Notes under the pieces: generated by a model | The model's database searches: none | What the model saw: the letters and a program-made list of their open reading frames with translations, nothing else | Told to the model about the DNA's origin: nothing | Translations under genes and position numbers: made by a program | Origin: Spizellomyces punctatus DAOM BR117 | Taxonomy: Eukaryota | Reading direction: 5' to 3' (one strand) | NCBI GenBank assembly: GCA_000182565.2 | Contig: KQ257454.1 | DNA: 64,000 nucleotides | Part shown: positions 30,361 to 41,049 of the stretch, one piece after another | How the letters are laid out: each line of letters opens with the position of its first letter | Position numbering within the stretch: position 1 is the first letter of the stretch

Positions 30361-30696
30361 CTAGGAAATTACGTCGTCGTCTTTCTTGGGTGCCGGCGCT
30401 GGGGCTTGGGGCTTCGGCGGCGGTACTGCAGCCTTCTTATCCGCTTGAGGACCCTTCGGCTGTGGGAGCGATGGCGGTACTACTCCAACCTTCTGACCCT
30501 TCGGCGCCTTAGTTGCCGCCTTGCCCGTTTGAGGCGCTGGGGGCCTTACTACGGGGTTAATAGCAATTTGAGGACCCTTCGGCTGTGGCGGCTGTCCTGC
30601 ACCCTTCTTAGTCGTTTGAGGCGCAGTCATCGCCGACATGGTCAGCCAGCCTACAAGGAAGAGCAGCACCATGTAGAGAGTTGAAATGCGGGCCAT
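30361..30696 (-). CDS. Small secreted Pro/Lys/Gln-rich repetitive protein
   Basis: Signal peptide MARISTLYMVLLFLVGWLTMSAMT; repeated PQPKGPQ and APQTxK. Confidence 0.7.
   Translation of the reverse strand: MARISTLYMVLLFLVGWLTMSAMTAPQTTKKGAGQPPQPKGPQIAINPVVRPPAPQTGKAATKAPKGQKVGVVPPSLPQPKGPQADKKAAVPPPKPQAPAPAPKKDDDVIS
30445..30588. repeat. 21-bp direct repeat TTGAGGACCCTTCGGCTGTGG (30445-30465 and 30568-30588) inside the secreted-protein ORF
   Basis: Two identical copies read directly from the sequence. Confidence 0.85.
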
Positions 30697-32099
30697 CTTG
30701 ATTGGTTCGTCAGTCGAAATGAGTGCAGGTGGTGGTTGCTTCTGCTGTTGTTGTCAAAGGTGAATGAGGACGAGTGACAGCAGTGTCTACCGTCTGCTTT
30801 TATGCATTTCGGCGATGGACTCTGGAAATGGTCCTTGAAACATCGCTCGTCAAATCCAAGGTGGAGAAGATTCCATCTGCCAATCCCAGGTGGCAAGATA
30901 TTCAGGATCTCCTCCAAAGTTCCTATAATACCGATTATTTCATCGTAGGGCGCGCGGCTAAGCCTGGATTTGTCATTTCGGGGTCCGTTCCCTTTTGCTA
31001 GGGACGAGTCCACGGCCAGAGTACTCGAACCAAGTTAGTGGCCATTGTTATGTGTATCTTTCCTAGATTATCTTCCATAATCTCCAACAATTATCGGGTA
31101 ATGATCATAATGGAATTGGCAGAGCTATCCAAAACGGTCCCAAATATGCGCCCAGTACAGACCCGATCCAATGGGATTATAGAACGCGAACGATGCGCTG
31201 CTGGAGGACTACAAGTTTTGTTAATGCTTGTACATGAGACGTTGGGTTTGAAAGCAGACGAACCCTCATCTGGGGTAGTATAAGCAATTACGCCAGGGAA
31301 GAATATGAGCCAGAGAATGTCACATGAAACACAACATAGACCGTTCCTCCTTATTGACGAGGAAACTATGTGTTCGATAAAATCCGGTGTATGTGGGGTT
31401 TTATCGAGTACCTGATTCGTGTTTCTATACGCATATGAGAATACAACTTTTGTCGATAGGTGAGTAGTATCTCATATTCCGCCCCATTCATATGTAATAT
31501 TCAATTCAAACCCCTACTTTTAGAATAAATGCGTGACTGTAAACATCTCCGTGCTCTGAGCCCATAGGACGTATTACAGCCAATGCCGGACATGGTCAAC
31601 AAATATGAAATCTGACATCCCCCAATTGGATCGAGTTGTGAAGTGCGTGCACCTGGCGCTTGCTGGCGCCGTAGCAAGTGAGAAAGGAAGTGGCTGCCAT
31701 TGTCGTTATCTGTATCGGACACGGCTGCGTTGGACCTCTCACGATAGCTAATACCGGAATCCCCGTCGACATATTTCAAAGGACAGTTAGACAAGTCAAG
31801 AGACCCAGGACGGGGACCGCTAACCGGCCGTTCAGATGGGGAATCCGTGATCCTTCCCAAATCAAACGAGATGCAGTTCGCCCTTTGTTCTCCATGTCGC
31901 GCGAGGCTCAAGCCTCAATTGGGATTTGAGCACAGTCACATTTTATGATGGCACAGCGATGGTAAGCCAAGGCCAATAAGCGGGTGAGTCTAAATCTCCA
32001 CCAGCAAGCTTTCAATGCAAAATACATTTGGTATCACATACAAAATCTCCCAAATCCATCATTAAATATTCTGAGATATTTGTCTTGGGTAACATTCGA

Positions 32100-33653
32100 T
32101 TATCGATATGCGCCATCAAAATCTCCTCCAACAGCTGGTCCCCTCAATTGTGTATCAAGATATTGTCTCTCGTCGACCGTACAATGACTGTGAATCTGAT
32201 GGTTCACAGCAGAAAAATACTGATGTTCAAGAGCTTGGCAGGCCCGGATACGCCGACGAGGATCGTAAAGCAACATTTGCTGTCATGATGGAGATACCAT
32301 TAGAAAAGTAGAATAAGCATAGATGTTCAAATGGGGATACCAACAGATAAAAGATCCACTCCTATGGAATCCAGTGGACCTGCATATTCTTCCCGACATA
32401 CATATGCCGACAGTGGCTGTTCTGGGAATGGGCTGATTCGGACCGGATCTCGGTCAAAGTCGTATGTGAGGTCGGTTTGCTTTGGATCACCAAGTTTACT
32501 GGTATCCGGAGCAAGACATTTTAGCATGAACTGGTAACTGCAACGTAGAGCAACCAGACGTACCGCTGTATGTCCCTAATGACTGCTAGATCTCCAGTTG
32601 CTCCTCCACCAAACAACCGCTTCCCTCTCACCATCTCTGTAGTAATGAAGCACGAAATGAGAGTTGATCTCCAGTCATGTTGAAACTCATGAAACGGGAT
32701 ATGCTCAATTTACCTGCAAAGATGCATCCCACACTCCAAATATCAACAGGCATGCTGTACTCTGATGAACCGTAAAAGACTTCCGGAGCTCGATATAGAG
32801 CTGTTACTTGCTGTGAAAGAAAAATGACCAGATTGACGTCAGATGAGAGTAATGCGTGTACTCGCATAAAGGAAGCGTAGACTCTCACATTTGGAGAATA
32901 TGCTTTCGTTGGACATGAAGCAATGCGGCTTAGGCCAAAATCAGCAAGCTTGATGGATATATTGCCCATTAGATCGTCGACAAGTAGTATGTTTTCTGAA
33001 CATAAAGAGAGATTGTGATGAGTGCTCATCAAGCTGATCTCAGTGTCAGGGCTTGACCTACCTGGCTTCAGGTCCCGATGCGCAACTCGACGCGCATGGC
33101 AGTATTCTAAGCCTTGTAGGATTTGTCTAAGAATCACCTGAAATAAAAAAAGTAGTGTTAATTCCTTATCATGGTAGGGCTGGCTATCGTGCATATTGTA
33201 TCTGTATCTGACCTTTGTCACCTCGGTATCCAGACCGCGTTGGCGAGTCTCCAGCATATCCCTGAGACTCCGCGAGCATAGTTCCATCACCATAAATGCC
33301 TTGAACTGTCCGTTGTCAATATATTGAAACACTTCCTCGATCCTATATATCGAATAATGTCACGAGGTTATGCAACAACCCAAGATGCAAGGCTCTACGC
33401 GTAGATCGCACCTGACGATGTTGGGATGATGCAGACTTTTCAATAGAGTTATTTCTCTGACAACATCAGCATTGAATCCAAACTCTTTTTCCGGAGGGAG
33501 CTTGCAGCTCTTGACTGCAACGATTCTGCCGTCGGAGCGATATCTTGCCCGGTATACCGTCCCATACACACCACTGCCAACAGCTTCTCGCTCACAGAAA
33601 AGATTCCAAAATGCCTTCTTGTCTCCTGCCCCACATGTCGGTTTTGCCAACAT
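32100..33653 (-). CDS. Divergent cyclin-dependent kinase-like Ser/Thr kinase (CMGC group), multi-exon
   Basis: GSGVYG, VAVK, VVREITLLKSLHHPNIV, HRDLKPENILL, KLADFGLSR, YRAPE, DIWSVGCIFAEM, MLLYDPRRRIRACQALEHQYF. Confidence 0.9.
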
Positions 33654-33755
33654 GCCTTTTGATGTTCTATTTGCCTACAAACGCTCCAGATAATGTTCCA
33701 AATTGGATCACTAAAATGGTTGCGAAAACCACAGCGCAGTAGATCCTTAATAGCT

Positions 33756-33766
33756 GTCACGTGACC
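33756..33766. promoter_or_regulatory. GTCACGTGACC palindromic element in the CDK/HAD-2H divergent promoter
   Basis: Perfect GTCACGTGAC palindrome between head-to-head starts. Confidence 0.5.
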
Positions 33767-33978
33767 CTGGACACGCTGCTGACTTCACACTGCGACACTT
33801 CCCCGGTCCGGTTCCTACCTGATGTGAAAAAAGGTCATTTCCGCTCAGGTAGAGCATAGACGGTGCAAATGCCAGCAACAATGGAAATCTTTGAGTATGA
33901 GCGTCTTATACAAGGTAGGCATGAGTGTCAAATGCTTGGATTCTGTGCAATCGTGTCCATGTTTAATAACTTGTTTGA

Positions 33979-35663
33979 ATGCATTCGGTAGAATTCGAAA
34001 CAGTTGTCCACGCAAACTGGAAACATAACGGCGAAAGCGGCGACGGTCTTCACAACACAGTATTGAATAAACAGGAGCAATCCACAGACTCTTCGACTCC
34101 GAATCGGCCCTTTTCGATGACGTGTGCTGAAAGTTCACCCCGACGTCTTTCCCGCCTCCTTGTTTTTGATTTCGACTCGACTCTCTTTCGGTCACCTTTA
34201 CCAAACCCAGCTCTCTGGTCGGATGAGCTTCGTGGTGCTCTCATTTCCGACTGTGGCTGGTTTGCAGAGCCAAGAACGCTGCATCCGCCATTCATTCCAG
34301 TGCGTGCCAATGTTGTGTTGAAGAGAGGCCTGCGTATCCACTTATTAACCTTCATTCACAAAAGGAATGTCCAGGAGACGAATGGTGGGACACGGAAACA
34401 ATACGGGATGTTCAGAAAGCATGTGCTCATAAAGAAGAGACTGTAACCGTCCTCCTCACGGGACGACGGCAAGACCTTTTTGGAGAGCGAATTAAAAGAA
34501 TGTGCGAACAGCACAACCCACCTCTTACGTTCGATCTATTCTTTTTCCGCGAAGGGTATGATCCAACATCCATTTTACATCATCCAACGACGCTGGACTT
34601 CAAGCTCGCCGTTCTCCAACGCCTATTGTCGACCTTCCCAAGCATTTCCCAAATCGAGTTTTATGATGACAGAAAAAAGCACTTGGACCTTTTTGCAAAA
34701 GAGCTTGAAAAACTTCGTTTCAATGGAAGAATATCGTCGTATATTGTCCACCACGTTGTGCACGCGCCGGTGGAGGCTAGATATATGCCAGCGGACTGTG
34801 AAAGGGCCCTAGTAAGCGATCTCGTCGATAGGTGCAATAGCAGAATCCTTGCCGCGAGACGAAGCCAAGAAGAGGCGTATGCGGCAGAGGGGAAAGGAAA
34901 CAGTGGAACGGTGTCGGGACGAGGCTTTCCCTGCAAGATGCAACGGAGAACAAGTGCGTCCATTTTCCGGAACACTCTCGAGTTGACCGATCAAGTTGCC
35001 TATACTGCCATTCAAATGGATTCAAATGACGTGCTAGCATTAAGGGCCAAGTATCCACCTCCTACTGCCAAGTGGGAAGTGCGTGCTGATCATGTAACAG
35101 TTTGTTTGGGCCCCGCCAAAGCCGAATTAGTCGAACCGATGGGCGGTGTAGGCGCTCGAGTGAGCATAAAAGTGACAGCGGTTGGGGAGCTACAGGACAA
35201 GGTCATGGCTGTCAAAGTGGAGGCCGTTTCAGGTGGTGTTCTTTTATCCGACAATGCAATCCCCCACATCACCCTCGCAGTTGCGCCTGGCGGAAGAGCT
35301 CGCGAAAGCAATCTGATCGACACGTGGCGAGCTTTGGACCAGCCTTTTGTGGTAGCAGGCACTATTATGGAGAAGGTCGTAACAGGGCTAAAGTTGGAAC
35401 GAGGCCCGTCACAGTTGCCAAAGAGAGATGTCTCCATTGGCAGTCTCATTAAAAAACATCATTCCCAACTGCGTGGACGAGACATTGGGGCTGCAGTCTC
35501 CTTAGTTGAGGAATGGATGGGAAAAACATTTATTGAGAATCTGGGACAGAATGCAGCCGTGATAGAATGGTATATACAAGGACTTGATTTATCAGCAATA
35601 CGGGACGGTGGGACAGTCAATGGTAGTTCAGGATTAATGGTAGATAGACAGGAAGAAAACTAG
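33979..35663 (+). CDS. HAD phosphatase (Swiss-army-knife RNA-repair type) fused to a 2H phosphoesterase domain; 2 exons; start at 33979 or 34117
   Basis: FDFDSTLFRSPLPNPALW, VLLTGR, TLDFK, FYDDRKKH; two HxT motifs (DHVTV, PHITL); intron ~34300-34364. Confidence 0.85.
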
Positions 35664-37284
35664 CTAGGCACAGGACGCTGTTATACGATATTTTTAAGAC
35701 AGGCAGGACCTGTAAACCGCTCATATCCTGATATTGATGATGAGTAATGAATGTCGTAGCCTGCCTTATGTGGGATCATTATATATCAATAGCTGCACAA
35801 AAGCACGTACGCATAAGGGACTAATTCCTCGACGATTTTCCTCTCCTCCCAACCCGACTTTGTCGTGAAGGGGATTTGTCTCAGTATTTCTCCAAGGTTC
35901 CTATCGAGCGCTGGGCTTGTGGTAATTTGCTCACAACTATGGCTATCAATTGAAAGAGCCCTCTAAGATTGCTTTGTAACCAGAATAACGAGCCTTAGGC
36001 AGTACAAAAGTGTACATGGCGCTATTAGCTTTGACTTTCTCTGTCAGGCACACAATGTGAGCCAATCTGCAGATCAATCCAGCGCACAATCAATTAGAAG
36101 GGAAAAATGGTGGACATCTCATCACCTGTTTCTATTGAAGCGAATGAAGAGCAATGTAGTGATTCAACTATTGACAGTTGTTAAGGCCGAATGACAAGAC
36201 ATGTCTCCATGTATTCTGCACTTACGCCTTTCATACGCCTTTCAGTGTAATCTCCCCTGTAGGGCGACCCGCGCTGGTTCGAGTAACATAGGACTTGCGG
36301 TCCACGTTCAACTATAGGGCGTGCGCTAGGCTGGTCCTGGCGTCGCCCACAAGATTATGCCATCATGGTACCGTGAGGAGGGAGGTAGACGTATCAGGTT
36401 TGCATGGCGGTTAGTGTCAGACGATGGACGGGGATTTGTTTTGTCAATGGACAGAGTAAGACTTGTCGGATTCTATTGTTCTACAACCTTGTCCGTTGAT
36501 GCGCTTTTAAAAAGATACTTCTAAGAGATATTTTTTCCCGGTAATTCACATCCTGTTCGCACCATATTATTGCCATATTGCATTTCCAGCTTTGATAATT
36601 GATGAGTGCATCCATTCTAACAGGACAAATTAACCGAGGATGCTGCATCGTTGCATTGCAAGTGTGTAGATATCTGAACTTGTGGATCTGCACGGCTTGT
36701 TTACCAAGTCAAGGCCAATCCATCAGCATCAACCATTTGACAAACCAAGTCTGGCGTGCAGGAATTTGAATCACACAACGTCTACTGGATTTTCTTCATT
36801 TGACGGTTCTCTCTCCGTGTGGTGTGGTGGAGGTGAATTCGGAATCAAGGCAATGGGGTTCATTCCCCAAGTACGATATTTGGCCTCCTGTTTAACCTGA
36901 GCGTATTTACGGCAGTCACATAAATTCTAAGCGACGTTCTGAATTGCAGTACGCTCCAGACAGGTTAAGACATGCCTCCTCAGTAATGGTCGTAGATGGA
37001 GTACCTGTAGACAGTCGATTGGGACTTCCTTCCTAGGAGCATTTGTCATGCCACGACCCCACCAAACAACAAGGACTTGGAGGTGGCAGGAACAAAGGTT
37101 AGATTTCACCCCAATCATACGGATCACCTTATACTCGATGATATATTGTCCATCTTCCTGTGGAAAAGATCACTCATGTCGCGGAATAGGATTTTTTCGG
37201 CCTAGCCAAACCTTCAATCATCTATACATGGACCAGCCCACATGAGGTGCAATGTATTTCCATAGAAGTACTATATGAGTAAGT

Positions 37285-37970
37285 CTACATGACAGTCAGA
37301 ATCAAACTGGCCACGCCGGCGCTAGCGGCAGCAGCCGCGAAGAGTCCCTTGGCCAATTTTCCAGCATCATTCGCCAAAATGGGAGCAGAACTACCAGAGA
37401 CCACCTTGCCCTCCGCATTCTGGAAAGGTGCATTGTATCGGGCTGCAGTGCCATTCCCTTGCTGCACGCTGAGCGTGTACTTGAGCGTGGTTAATACGTT
37501 ATTGTAAGCGCCGGATGCGCAGGCCTCTTTGAACTTTGGGTAATTGTCCTTGTTGCCTAGGTGAATTTGACAAGAGAGGCCGCAAAAATGAGGACGTTGG
37601 GAAGACATGCACAATGTGAAATCTTTTTGCACTCACCTTCACCCCAGATGGACGGGCACACTGCGATCAGCGCTTCACGAGTCGGATACTCTGCAAATGT
37701 CTCGCAGTTGCAGGTTGCAAAGGTTTTGAACAGAGCATCATAGCCAGATGATGGGTAGGTCAGATTGGCCCGAGCGGTTTGAAAGTTTGTTTCGCATGCC
37801 CAGTTCGCGTCCTGAAGTTTCTTTGGGCAACCTATACATACATACGGAAATGAGTCGTTCAATACACGCCGCACATGAAAAAAGCGATTAAAAGTGACCT
37901 GACCTGATTGGGCTGTAACTGATCCTGCAGCTGCCAGCGACAAGCAGACAAGAGCTGCGAGACGAGTCAT
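37285..37970 (-). CDS. Secreted Cys-rich, probably GPI-anchored protein, 2 exons
   Basis: Signal peptide MTRLAALVCLSLAAAGSVTA; intron GTGAGT ~37635 to CTAG ~37557; hydrophobic C-terminus preceded by small residues (NDAG). Confidence 0.8.
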
Positions 37971-39476
37971 TTCTTACGGAAAGCGTTGGTGGTGCGTGGA
38001 CTGACGGAATACGGAGCGTTGGGGGCTACCCATTGAACACGGCAGCTTAAGAGCGAAAATCGTAGGCCGTCCACCATCTAATCCGATACCGCGGTATTTA
38101 CTCGTTGCGCGTAACTTTTTAAAGCTTAAATCCCTAATTTCGGCAAGTTAAAACCTGGGCGACATTAAAAGCAAAACACAATCTGCCAAATTCCGTAAAG
38201 CCCCACAAAAGGAACTTTGACGTTGAAGGAACTTGGATTGCTTGGCCAACTCAACAACGACCACACGACACCGACGCCGCCTGACAAGCTTCCTCCCTCC
38301 ATAATCAAACAGTTGACTGCCCGTTCTGCCCACCAAGATGGGGTTATTGGGCCGATCAGTCGTAATCTTGCAGGCAAAAATCCTCCAACGACTACTATTC
38401 ACCAGAATTGCTCCGCAAGTGCCAGCGAGCGGTTTGGCACTCTAAAAATTTGGGTCAAGATAAGTCTCCCCAAAATGGCGGTATGTTGACAAGCTTTTGG
38501 TCATTTCTCCACTTTTTTTTTTTGCCTGGCGGATCAATTTCGGAGCGGAACCTCAAGTCGCACTGCACACTGTCCGATTTGGTTCTGGTTCTAAGCATCG
38601 AGCCCAGCGTTCAAGTAGGCTATCGGTGAGCTACACTTACTCGACTGCGTACATACTGCTCAGCGTCACAAAAAAAGTTGTGCCAATCATGAGTTGAGTC
38701 CTACCCAAGCGGCGGGAGGCACATTCAAATTCATTCATTGCGACTCGACATGCGATTCGCCGTCGCTTTCTGTCGCAAAGGTGAATAATTTGTTTACCAT
38801 GATAGGAGTGTGGTAGTTGCTCCGATCAAACCAACTCGGCCAAGCGACTCAGATGGAGTTTTCGACAACAAACCCCAAATCACCCACATGTCGCATTACC
38901 TTCTTCAAATAAGTGCTGGTTCAATCGCTTTTTTCTTGGTCGCAGTGAGCCCCAACGGCACCTATATCTCGTTTAAAACTTTATTCGTTGTATCGGATGC
39001 TTTTCTTTAATCTCCATGTTCTTGTGACAGCCAACTGGTGTAAAACGGCCAGCACTTTTCCGCTTTGGAAGGACTAGGACAGCCCAAAACCAAGAATCCT
39101 GATCAAAAAAAAGAGTGACTTGAGGGCTGTCATCCGCTTCACTAGTCCTCTTATGAAGACGCATGAGGTATCCAGTTGGGGAAAACCGTACGGCGTACGG
39201 TCATGGTTCCCTTCCCCCAAGCAGCACTCTGCTCCGCACTGTAGTTACGCTCATCATGCCACAGTTGAAATCTGCTTGATTGCTACTTCTCTGGTGGGCG
39301 GGCGTACGCGGGCGATGTAACTCATGTCTCGACTGATCCTCGAATGATCAAGTTGCCAATGTCCTGCAAGCCTGAGTGTATGATTTGGAGCTTCTTGAGC
39401 CAGTGCACCGATGCTCCCTGCCGCATTAGTACCATGTATTACATTTGATTCTGCATAAAGGAATTCACAACTTGAC

Positions 39477-39953
39477 TTGCAGATGAAATCTGCGTCCTGC
39501 GCCGATTACCAGGTTACTCTTGACAGTGTTTCCAAGGGTTGGGAGTACAGGAACAACATGATTACGGCTCTCCAAGAGACCCACAAAGGCGTCAAGAAAG
39601 TTGAAGAAAGGAGCACGAACGTCTGCAAGGGACACTGCGATTGGCGGGAATGCGAGACCGAATACTACAATGTATATGTCGTCCCCAAACGTATCGCTTT
39701 GGACAACTTCAATGGCGGATATTCAAAAGGATGGATGATCACTCAATTCGATGCGCCCGAGCAAAAATGGGGCAATGCGGTGCTATCCTTGACGGTGTTT
39801 TTACCGCTCTGTCCTTCTTGTCTGGGGGCGTTCACAACTCTGAACTTTTTCCAGCCTTTCTTTGAAGAATCCTGTGGCGCTTCTCTGGTCCCTGGTGAGG
39901 ATACTGAACTCGCGGCCCATTTCAACGATGAAATGGGAGCAAATATCTGCTGA
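39477..39953 (+). CDS. Orphan coding block (probable terminal exon) of an unknown Cys-containing protein
   Basis: 158-aa open frame beginning just after a TTGAC..TTGCAG acceptor-like site; protein-like composition; no upstream exon identified. Confidence 0.4.
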   Translation: MQMKSASCADYQVTLDSVSKGWEYRNNMITALQETHKGVKKVEERSTNVCKGHCDWRECETEYYNVYVVPKRIALDNFNGGYSKGWMITQFDAPEQKWGNAVLSLTVFLPLCPSCLGAFTTLNFFQPFFEESCGASLVPGEDTELAAHFNDEMGANIC

Positions 39954-41049
39954 CTATATAAAGAACCTCACGAACTCGGGAGCTCTTGAACACATGCGTA
40001 CTGCAGCCTACTGGGACGACCGTCAAAGCGTTGCGTTGCAGGAAAAGACTCCTAAACTGACCCGCCCAGCTCGTCCTTGAATTAGCCTCAATGTGAAAAC
40101 GTGGGAACAAATATGTTCGCAGAGGTCGTACTTCTATGTCTAGGTATTCTAGCTGGCAGTTATCATTTGTGCACCTCATACTTTGGGCTAGGACGTTATA
40201 GAGAAGATGTTTGCAAGGATGTAGTTAAACATGCTTCATAATAGATTGAATAGAAAGTATCTGCACATCTCCTTCCGCTCACTTCTCCCACGACGTCATG
40301 GTGCTTATTCTGAACGACATGGCTCTCCCGCATCCTGCACTGTTGTCTGACCTAACTGGTTTGTGATATATCTGCAGAACGATGGCACAGGCTTCCAAGC
40401 GAGGTCTCTCTCACGTCAGCTATTTCTCATAACTTTCCATGAGCACAAAGTTTCCAAAGCATCTCGCTGTTATACTCTTGCCCGCGTTAATCTTGGCCTT
40501 CGCTCTGTCAATCGGTGAAGATCACATCACTCTACCTACGGGCCGAAGAAAGTTAGAAGTGTTTCTACTATGACAGATGATGTCACCCTTGGGCGGATGC
40601 CCTGGGTGGCCCTCTCCATGACGCTCAAGCCTACAGACACTGATGGCCATTTGCAGCCATGCGCTTTTGAGCGTGCAAACGAATGCATTGGCGACCGAAA
40701 AGCGTAAATGCACATTTCTGTCATGAAAAGGCCGAGTCAAGGGTCAAGCCTGCGTAGTTTGCACTCTGTTCCAATATATCAGTTTCGCAACGGGCTGACT
40801 ACAAGATAGAAATGCCCTGGAGAATGCTTCCGCAGTCTCCCAACTGGAGTACTCATGAATGATGACCTGGCACGATACGTCCATCTTGCCGCCTGAGATG
40901 TTATATCTGTATCCCGACTAGCTTGAGCCCAGGGCCGTTCCCTTTTAGCTTGGGAGGATATAAGTCCTTCTGGTAGCTGTCGCGGATGAAACTACGCGGT
41001 GCCCATATGATCCTGGAGAAGAGAATGATTGTCGGCGGAGAGCGCATGA

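Noticed and set aside
36262-36349. tRNA gene (7-bp acceptor-like stem, GTTCGA, CTTGCGG loop)
   Set aside because: GTTCGA sits at the 5' side, there is no D-loop GG at the expected place, and the arm order does not fit a cloverleaf on either strand
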